The position numbers were made by a program, and so were the translations under genes. The notes below the pieces were generated by a model. That model did not search any database. It was not told where the DNA came from and saw only the letters and a list, made by a program, of their open reading frames with translations. This document shows, piece by piece, positions 57,435 through 64,000 of a stretch of 64,000 bases of DNA (its first letter is position 1; the number at the start of each line of letters is the position of its first letter). The stretch is from Alkalispirochaeta sp. (GTDB taxonomy: Bacteria > Spirochaetota > Spirochaetia > DSM-27196 > Alkalispirochaetaceae), in NCBI GenBank assembly GCA_965242725.1, contig CBDESZ010000003.1, positions 81,524-145,523 on the forward strand. Reading direction: 5' to 3'.

Positions 57435-59093
57435 TTAATGAGTTTCGTGGATTCGGCGGGCGATGGGAATGCGGCGGCCCGTCCCGAAGGCTCGGGGGCT
57501 CACCTTGAGGACCGGCGGCGCCTGACGGCGCTTGTACTCGCTCCGTCCCACCAGATGCAGGACGTGGGCCACCGTATCCGGGTCGTATCCGCCGGAGATG
57601 ATCTGGGACGCCGTCTCGTTGTGAATCAGATAGCGGGTGAGAATCGCGTCGAGCACGTCATAGGGAGGGAGGCTGTCCTCATCTTTCTGGTCGGGCCGTA
57701 ACTCCGCCGACGGCGGCTTGGTGATAATCGCCCCGGGTATGATCTCACTGTCCCGGTTGAAATGGCGGGCGAGATCGTATACTTCCGTCTTCAGGAGATC
57801 TCCGATCACGGCGAGGCCGCCTGCCATATCACCGTAGAGGGTACAGTAGCCGACGGCGAGTTCACTCTTGTTACCCGTGGTAAGGGTGAGAGAGCCGTAC
57901 TTGTTGGACCACGCCATGAGGAGATTGCCCCTGGAGCGGGCTTGTATGTTTTCTTCCGCAACGCCCGCCTCAGTGCCGGCAAATTCGCCGTCCAGAACGG
58001 ACATGAATGCGTCATAGATCGGCAGAATGGGGAGCGTAACGGCACGGACGCCGAGATTCGTCGCCAGCTCTTCCGAGTCGGAAACGCTTCCCGAGGATGA
58101 GTACTGGGAGGGCATGAGAAAGACCGTCACGTTTTCCGGACCCACCGCCCGGGCGGCAAGAACGGCAACTACCGCGGAGTCGATCCCTCCGGAGAGACCG
58201 AGATGGACCCGGGAAAAACCGGTTTTCTTCAGGTAGTCCCGAATTCCCAGCACAAGGGCTGCCTCGATGTCGTCGTAGCGGGAACTGGTCGCCGGCGCTC
58301 CTTTTCCCGGCGCGCGCTCTCCGACGGGGTCGAGGGCGATCACCCGCGTCTCCTCGCGAAATCCCGCCAGACGATGGATGAGCGTCCCCCGCCGGTCGGT
58401 GACCATGGAGTATCCGTCAAAGATGAGGCTGTCGTTTCCGCCGACGGAGTTGACATAGACCATCGGAACCTCCGAGGTCTTCCCGATAGAGGAGAGGAGG
58501 CTGAGACGGATGTCGCCCTTGCCGCTGTGAAAGGGGCTCGCCGAGGGGGCGAGAATCAGCTGCGCTCCATGGTCGAGGAGGTCCCGGACGGGATCGACGG
58601 GATAGCGCTCCCCCGGCACCGGTTCCACCTCCCACCAGATATCTTCACAGATTGCGATGCCGATACGCACGCCGTCAAAGGTCCACACGTCGCTCTCGGG
58701 TGCGGGCTCAAAGTAGCGCGCTTCGTCAAAGACGTCATAGGTGGGCAGCAGTCGTTTGGCCTGGCGAAAGACGATCTCTCCGTTGAGTATCACCGCCGCC
58801 ACATTCTGAAGTGCCTTCCCCGCGGAACCCTGGGTTCGATCTACATACCCCACAACGACGGCGATATCGGGAGGCAGGTTCTGCTGGAGACGGCGAAGAG
58901 CGGTGATGTTCTCGTCCACAAAGGCCGCGTGGTCGAGGAGGTCCATGGGGGGGTAGCCGCAGAGGCTCAGTTCCGGAAAGACGACAAGCCGGGCGCCCTC
59001 GCTGCGGGCGCGGAGGGTGTTGGTCCGTATTTTCTCGCCGTTACCCTGAAAGTCACCGATAACGGTATTGATCTGCCCAAGTGCAATTTTCAC
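57435..59093 (-). CDS. nadE: Glutamine-dependent NAD+ synthetase
   Basis: Nitrilase domain FPEL, K.LLP, ICEDIW; synthetase GLSGGIDS, ENIQAR, TGNKSE, PPSAEL, SEYKRRQAPP. Confidence 0.95.
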   Translation of the reverse strand: MKIALGQINTVIGDFQGNGEKIRTNTLRARSEGARLVVFPELSLCGYPPMDLLDHAAFVDENITALRRLQQNLPPDIAVVVGYVDRTQGSAGKALQNVAAVILNGEIVFRQAKRLLPTYDVFDEARYFEPAPESDVWTFDGVRIGIAICEDIWWEVEPVPGERYPVDPVRDLLDHGAQLILAPSASPFHSGKGDIRLSLLSSIGKTSEVPMVYVNSVGGNDSLIFDGYSMVTDRRGTLIHRLAGFREETRVIALDPVGERAPGKGAPATSSRYDDIEAALVLGIRDYLKKTGFSRVHLGLSGGIDSAVVAVLAARAVGPENVTVFLMPSQYSSSGSVSDSEELATNLGVRAVTLPILPIYDAFMSVLDGEFAGTEAGVAEENIQARSRGNLLMAWSNKYGSLTLTTGNKSELAVGYCTLYGDMAGGLAVIGDLLKTEVYDLARHFNRDSEIIPGAIITKPPSAELRPDQKDEDSLPPYDVLDAILTRYLIHNETASQIISGGYDPDTVAHVLHLVGRSEYKRRQAPPVLKVSPRAFGTGRRIPIARRIHETH

Positions 59094-59097
59094 GCCG

Positions 59098-59126
59098 TTG
59101 ACCTCTCTGTGTGCCGGAACTACTAT
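59098..59126 (+). promoter_or_regulatory. sigma70 promoter, probably leaderless, overlapping the nadE upstream region
   Basis: TTGACC-17-TACTAT, 8 nt before ATG 59135; TATAGT on the opposite strand at 59127-59122. Confidence 0.6.
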
Positions 59127-59134
59127 ACCCTACC

Positions 59135-59842
59135 ATGGAACGATCCGTTCTGATAACGGGCAAACAGTCCGCATTCACCGATGACCTCGTCCAGGAGGTG
59201 CTGCAGCAGGCATCCCGGGTGTATGCCTCTTTTGATGAGTCCGATACGCCGCCGGAAGTACCCGACACCTTCGGAGAGTCCCTGCGCTATCTTCCGTGGA
59301 ACAGGCGGTCGCTCGTCTCCTCACGGTCGCTCATGCTCGCGGTGGCTGCGGAGGTAGAGAATGGACGGGAAGGTGCGGGAAAGGAGACTCCCCCGGAGGG
59401 TGCTTCCGGGAATCTCTCCCATGCCATCGTCGTTTGTACTCCCGAAGGGTTGAACGCCTCGCTTCACGATACCCCTGCCGTGACGATTGAGGAAACGATC
59501 GATGCCGCCGTGAAAGGGTATCTTTTTGTCGTCAGAGAGATTGCCGCCACGTTCATGCGCAGCGGGCGGGGCGATTTGACGGTGCTGTGGTACGATCCCG
59601 GTGTGGATGTCCTGCCGCCCCTGGACGGTACCCTTGCGGGCGCCGTGGATGGTCTGGTACGTTCCCTGGTCGCTTTCTATGAGAATGAAGCGGTCACAAT
59701 CCGCGGGCTTTCCGCCTCCGACGGTGACGGTAGAAGCGTTGCCCGGTGGGTGGTTGAACAGATTTTTGAACGCGGTGAGAAGAGCGCCGGCCGGCGGCAG
59801 CGGTACGGGCAGAAGATGGGAATTCTACCCTTCCGTCGATAG
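59135..59842 (+). CDS. Degenerate SDR/Rossmann-fold protein
   Basis: SVLITG, IDAAVKGYLFVVREI...F...GRG, GLVRSL follow the SDR layout, but GxxxGxG and YxxxK are missing. Confidence 0.55.
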   Translation: MERSVLITGKQSAFTDDLVQEVLQQASRVYASFDESDTPPEVPDTFGESLRYLPWNRRSLVSSRSLMLAVAAEVENGREGAGKETPPEGASGNLSHAIVVCTPEGLNASLHDTPAVTIEETIDAAVKGYLFVVREIAATFMRSGRGDLTVLWYDPGVDVLPPLDGTLAGAVDGLVRSLVAFYENEAVTIRGLSASDGDGRSVARWVVEQIFERGEKSAGRRQRYGQKMGILPFRR

Positions 59843-59875
59843 ACGTAAAACGTTGAACTTACATCTGGAGTACAT

Positions 59876-61132
59876 GTGATGAAATTGTGGTTTCGATATC
59901 TCCTGGGCACCGCCGTCGGCGTCGCCGCGGGAATTCTGGTTCCCCTTGCGGGCGGTGACACGCTGCAAATACTTGAAGAAATCTCAGGATTCGTATTTCG
60001 GATCGGACGATTCCTTCTCTTTCCCCTGGCATTCTTCTCCATCATTATCGCCGTCGACGAACTGCGCGACGACCGTCGCGTCGCCTCCGTGGCGATAAAG
60101 ACGGGACTCGCCTCTGTTGCCACGGTGGTGGCCGCCGTCATCGTCGGCGTTCTTGTGATGGTTATCTTTCAACCCCAGAGAATTCCGCCGATGGTGCAGG
60201 AAGCTGCAATTGCCGCACCGCCGCAGATGGTCGATATCATTCGACAGTCCGTGCCGATGAACCTCTTTCGTGTGTTTGTCCTCGGCGACAACGCCCTTGG
60301 AATGATTCTCCTGGTGGGTGTGCTTATCGGGTGGACACTTCGCTTTGACCGGGAAATATCATCGTCGGTGGCGCTCGTCTCGGACTCGGCAAACCGGATT
60401 CTCTATCGTCTGAATCGAAGTTTTACCTCCCTCCTCGGGTTCCTGCTTGCAATTCCCGGCGGGATGATCATCGTGAGAATCCGTGACACCGCGGACCTGC
60501 AGCTCTTCGGACAGTTTCTCATCGTCGTGATCACCGCGGCGGTTATAATCGGTATGGTCGTCTACCCGGTGATGCTCTATCTCCTGAAGCGGGACGGACG
60601 TATGGCCACGGGGTGGGTGACCCGCATGGGGGCGCCGGGACTTGCGGCGCTGGTAAGCGGTGACGTCTTTTTTGCCGCTGCCACGCTGGCGAGGGTCGGT
60701 AAGGAGGAGCTCCGTCTGCCCCGCCGGATCGGCGGGTCGGTGAGTTACATATCCGCCGTCTTTCTGCGGGCGGGAAGCGCCCTTGTGGCGGTTGCCAGTT
60801 TTCTCCTGGTCATTCGTTCCTATACGGCTCTGGAAATTGGATTCCTGGAAACCCTCATGATCGCGGCGACGGCGATAGGATCGTCATTTCTCCTGGGGCG
60901 CACCCCCGCCGGGGGCGTCACCCTCCTGTTGAGCTATCTCGCCGTCTCATACGGCAGGGGGATGGATGAGTCGTTTCTCATACTTCTCCCGGTCCTGCCC
61001 TTTCTGGAACGCCTCGGCGCGTGGCTGGACGTGATGACCCACGGGTTTATCGCCTTCCTTGTTGCCGAGAGCGAGGGTATCCGTCACGGGGACAAGCCGC
61101 TCTCGTCCACCCTCGACGGCGCCGCCTTCTAG
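59876..61132 (+). CDS. Dicarboxylate/amino acid:cation symporter family protein (divergent)
   Basis: Many TM helices; VPMNLF, FLRAGSAL, LERLGAWLDV echo DAACS motifs. Confidence 0.7.
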   Translation: MMKLWFRYLLGTAVGVAAGILVPLAGGDTLQILEEISGFVFRIGRFLLFPLAFFSIIIAVDELRDDRRVASVAIKTGLASVATVVAAVIVGVLVMVIFQPQRIPPMVQEAAIAAPPQMVDIIRQSVPMNLFRVFVLGDNALGMILLVGVLIGWTLRFDREISSSVALVSDSANRILYRLNRSFTSLLGFLLAIPGGMIIVRIRDTADLQLFGQFLIVVITAAVIIGMVVYPVMLYLLKRDGRMATGWVTRMGAPGLAALVSGDVFFAAATLARVGKEELRLPRRIGGSVSYISAVFLRAGSALVAVASFLLVIRSYTALEIGFLETLMIAATAIGSSFLLGRTPAGGVTLLLSYLAVSYGRGMDESFLILLPVLPFLERLGAWLDVMTHGFIAFLVAESEGIRHGDKPLSSTLDGAAF

Positions 61133-61154
61133 GCGCCGCCGCTTTCCTTTCGGA

Positions 61155-62960
61155 TTACCCTTCCTCATCCCGCGCTTTTGGCTTCGGTGCGAGGGTGAGG
61201 CCGAGTTCGGCCAGTTGTCCGGGATCGACGGGACTGGGGCTCTCGTCCATGGGGGACATGCCGTTGGCAGTCTTGGGAAATGCGATGACTTCCCGAATGG
61301 AATCTTCACCGGCCATGATCATGACCAGTCTGTCGAGCCCGGGAGCGATGCCGCCGTGGGGCGGGGCGCCGTAGCGGAAGGCTTCCAGCAGAAAACCGAA
61401 CCGCCGCTCCGCCTCCGCCGGGTCAAAGCCGACGATATTGAAAATCCGACTCTGAAGTCCGGGATCGTGAATACGGATACTCCCGGAGGCGAGCTCATAG
61501 CCGTTACAGACGAGGTCGTAGAGATCTCCCTTGACCGCGCCGGGGTCGTCCTCCATGGTGTCGATGTACTGCTCCTGAGGCATGGTGAACATGTGGTGCG
61601 CCGCCTCCCACCGCGCCTCGTCCTCGTTGTATTCAAAGAGGGGGAAGTCGACGATCCAGGCGAACCGGAACGTTCCCGGCGTGACCATTCCCAGCTCCCT
61701 GCCCAGACGGCTGCGAACGGCACCGAGTGCGGTGACTGCGGTTTTCCACCGATCCGCAACAAAGAGCAGCATATCGCCGGGAGCGGCGCCGACGGCGGAG
61801 GCGATCTCCGCCGCCCGGTCCGTAAAAAATTTGCCGATCCCCCCGTCAAAGGCGGTGCCGCCGTCGGCGCCCGCCACTACCCGCGTCCAGGCGAGGCCTT
61901 TCGCGCCGTAGGTCTTTGCCGTCTCTTCAAGGTCGGTGATCTGCTTCCGGCTCAGGTCGCCCTTGCCCGGCACGGGCAGGACCCGGACGGTTCCGCCCTC
62001 CGAGAGGGCCGTCTCAAAAACGCCGAAGCCGCTTCCCGCGACAAAGGGTCCGAAATCCTTCAGTTCCAGTTCTATGCGCAGATCCGGCTTGTCCGACCCG
62101 AAACGGTTCATCGCCTCGTCGTAGGAAAGGCGCTCAAAGGTCGCCGGAAGGTCGACGTTCAGCGTCTTTTTGAAGGTGGTTCCGAGCATCCCCTCCACTA
62201 CGGAAAAGACGTCGTCCTTGGAGACGAAGCTCATTTCCATGTCGACCTGGGTGTGTTCAAGCTGCCGGTCACCCCGGGCATCCTCATCGCGGAAGCAGTG
62301 GGCGATCTGAAAGTAGCGGTCAAAACCGCTGACCATGAGAATCTGCTTGTAGAGCTGTGGACTCTGGGGCATGGCGTAGAACGAGCCGGGGTGGAGGCGT
62401 GAGGGGATGAGAAAGTCCCGCGCCCCTTCCGGGGTGCTTTTAATCATCGTGGGAGTTTCGATCTCCACAAAACCCTCGCCGGTCAGATATTCCCGGATGC
62501 TCTGGGTCACCTGGTGACGGAGGCGGATCTTTCGCTGCATGGAAAAGGTGCGGAGGTCGAGGTAGCGGTATTTGAGACGTATGTCGTCCCGGGCGTCCGA
62601 CTTTTCGTCGATCATGAAGGGCAGCGGCTCGCATCGGGAGAGGATATGCACCTCCGATGCCTCCACCTCGATCGCGCCGGTGGCCATTTCCGCGTTTACC
62701 ATCGCATCGGGGCGGCGCCGCACGACGCCCCTGACGGCGACGCAGTATTCCATTCTGAGGGCGGCGGCGATCTCCCTGACCTCCGGCGCGGCGTCTTCGT
62801 TTATGACAATCTGGGTTATACCGTATCGGTCCCGGAGGTTGATGAAGTGTACTCCGCCGTGGTCCCGTGTCCGATGGACCCAACCGTTGAGAAATACCTC
62901 CCGGCCGTCATGTTCCGCGCGCAATTGGCCGCACGTGTGAGTGCGTTTGAACTGTTCCAT
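61155..62960 (-). CDS. aspS: Aspartate--tRNA ligase, probably non-discriminating (Asp/Asn)
   Basis: RTHTCG, RDHGG (His), LKYRYLDLR, STPEGARDF, PQSPQLYKQ, CFRDED, GSIRIH, GAPPHGGIA.GLDR. Confidence 0.97.
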   Translation of the reverse strand: MEQFKRTHTCGQLRAEHDGREVFLNGWVHRTRDHGGVHFINLRDRYGITQIVINEDAAPEVREIAAALRMEYCVAVRGVVRRRPDAMVNAEMATGAIEVEASEVHILSRCEPLPFMIDEKSDARDDIRLKYRYLDLRTFSMQRKIRLRHQVTQSIREYLTGEGFVEIETPTMIKSTPEGARDFLIPSRLHPGSFYAMPQSPQLYKQILMVSGFDRYFQIAHCFRDEDARGDRQLEHTQVDMEMSFVSKDDVFSVVEGMLGTTFKKTLNVDLPATFERLSYDEAMNRFGSDKPDLRIELELKDFGPFVAGSGFGVFETALSEGGTVRVLPVPGKGDLSRKQITDLEETAKTYGAKGLAWTRVVAGADGGTAFDGGIGKFFTDRAAEIASAVGAAPGDMLLFVADRWKTAVTALGAVRSRLGRELGMVTPGTFRFAWIVDFPLFEYNEDEARWEAAHHMFTMPQEQYIDTMEDDPGAVKGDLYDLVCNGYELASGSIRIHDPGLQSRIFNIVGFDPAEAERRFGFLLEAFRYGAPPHGGIAPGLDRLVMIMAGEDSIREVIAFPKTANGMSPMDESPSPVDPGQLAELGLTLAPKPKARDEEG

Positions 62961-63013
62961 GGAAGGAACTCTACTATGAGGAGGCGGTCAATTCCTACCG
63001 TCTTCCTGTCGGC

Positions 63014-63628
63014 TTATTCAAAGTCTCCGCTCTCGGCGATGCGTGCGCCGGCGTCGCGCATTTCCGCGATCGCCCGGTCGGTGTCGCCTTCCTTGAGGTT
63101 GACCCCTTCGACCGCGTCTTTGATCAGCGTCGTCGAAAATCCGAGGCGCAGGGCATCCAGGACGGTAAATTTCACGCAGTAGTCGGTGGCGAGACCGCAT
63201 ACGACCACATCCTTTATATCCTGTTCCCGCAGCCAATCGGCAAGACCCGTGTCCTTCCGCCCGTCGTTGTCAAAAAAGGCGGAGTAGCTGTCCACCTTTT
63301 TATCGTCCCCTTTCCGGAAGACACGGTCAAAGCGGTAGACGTCGAGACCGGCGGCAAAGGACGCTCCGGGGCTGTGCTGCACACAGTGGTCCGGCCAGAG
63401 GATCTGGGATGTTCCGTCCAGATCGATGACGTTCCCCGGTTCCTGGCCCGTGTGCTGGGATGCAAAGCTGCTGTGGTCGGCGGGATGCCAATCCTGACTT
63501 GCCACCACGCAGGAAAACCGGGGCATGACCCGGTTGATTACCGGTATGACCGCATCGCCTTTGGGAACGGCGAGGGCGCCGCCGGGGAGGAAATCGTTCT
63601 GTACATCCACGACAATAAGTGCCTGCAT
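63014..63628 (-). CDS. pncA: Nicotinamidase/pyrazinamidase
   Basis: VDVQNDFLPGGAL, QDWHP, WPDHCVQ, KG...DSYSAF, GLATDYCV. Confidence 0.95.
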   Translation of the reverse strand: MQALIVVDVQNDFLPGGALAVPKGDAVIPVINRVMPRFSCVVASQDWHPADHSSFASQHTGQEPGNVIDLDGTSQILWPDHCVQHSPGASFAAGLDVYRFDRVFRKGDDKKVDSYSAFFDNDGRKDTGLADWLREQDIKDVVVCGLATDYCVKFTVLDALRLGFSTTLIKDAVEGVNLKEGDTDRAIAEMRDAGARIAESGDFE

Positions 63629-63662
63629 GAGAAAAACATACTACCGCGCCCACCCGTACCGT

Positions 63663-63998
63663 CTACTCTTTACGGTGAATCTCTTCAGATACCGCCTTGT
63701 ACGGTACGGCGTCGTCGAGATAGGCGATCTGCTCCGCTTCATAGGCGTTGATGCGGTCGATATTCGCCTCAAGGATGTGCTGCATGTCCCGGTCCAGAAA
63801 GTGATGGAGACTCCACGTGGAAACCGATCGAAAACCCCGGCGCACCTTGTGGGGCGATCCCATTCCGGGATCGAATGACTCGATTCCCTCCGTGATGGCC
63901 CACTCGATGGGCGTGTAGTAACACACGTTGAAATGGAGGTCCTTCACCGTTTTTCGTGTTCCCCAGTAGCGTCCCCACAGCCGTGTGCCCTTTCGTAC
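63663..63998 (-). CDS. FemAB-like GNAT protein (peptidoglycan biosynthesis/recognition family), 5'-truncated by the window edge
   Basis: LWGRYWG, LHFNVCYYTPIEWAI, FDPG..SPHKVRRGF. Confidence 0.8.
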   Translation of the reverse strand, partial: VRKGTRLWGRYWGTRKTVKDLHFNVCYYTPIEWAITEGIESFDPGMGSPHKVRRGFRSVSTWSLHHFLDRDMQHILEANIDRINAYEAEQIAYLDDAVPYKAVSEEIHRKE

Positions 63999-64000
63999 AA

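Noticed and set aside
1..64000. tRNA, rRNA, CRISPR, prophage or defence genes
   Set aside because: None recognised by eye; a tRNAscan/Infernal/DefenseFinder run would be needed to exclude them formally

Overview
GC-rich chromosomal window, most consistent with a free-living spirochaete (inferred from the BMP/PnrA lipoprotein, a DUF6675-like protein and the GH13-MalQ pair). 1-23.2 kb is a mixed-orientation surface-glycan locus: four sulfotransferase domains, an ABC flippase, four standalone glycosyltransferases, a ParB/Srx-fold protein, an Asp-box propeller, a heparinase II/III-like protein, wecC/wecB, a deacetylase, a formyltransferase, a priming sugar transferase and two Wzi-like outer-membrane proteins. 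23.4-30.3 kb holds a third Wzi-like gene and a minimal mlaEFD operon whose long MlaD ends in a barrel-like domain, flanked by two exported helix-grip-like proteins. Then come a nucleoside ABC importer with punA and ahcY, a GldAFG/DUF4340-type ABC system, mtaD/ugd, an IS with 21-bp terminal inverted repeats, lysA, a PTS IIA-domain protein, a thioesterase, GH13 + malQ, a DUF151-UVR nuclease, nadE, an SDR-like protein, a symporter, aspS, pncA and a partial FemAB-like gene. Notable non-coding signals: a 137-bp MITE-like element sharing the IS ends, recurrent leaderless sigma70 promoters, a pentamer minisatellite bounded by 18-bp direct repeats, and a three-way-junction RNA plus terminator before punA. 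Six single-base frameshifts at short homopolymers are probably assembly errors. No rRNA, tRNA or CRISPR array was seen. All family calls come from motif recognition, not database searches.
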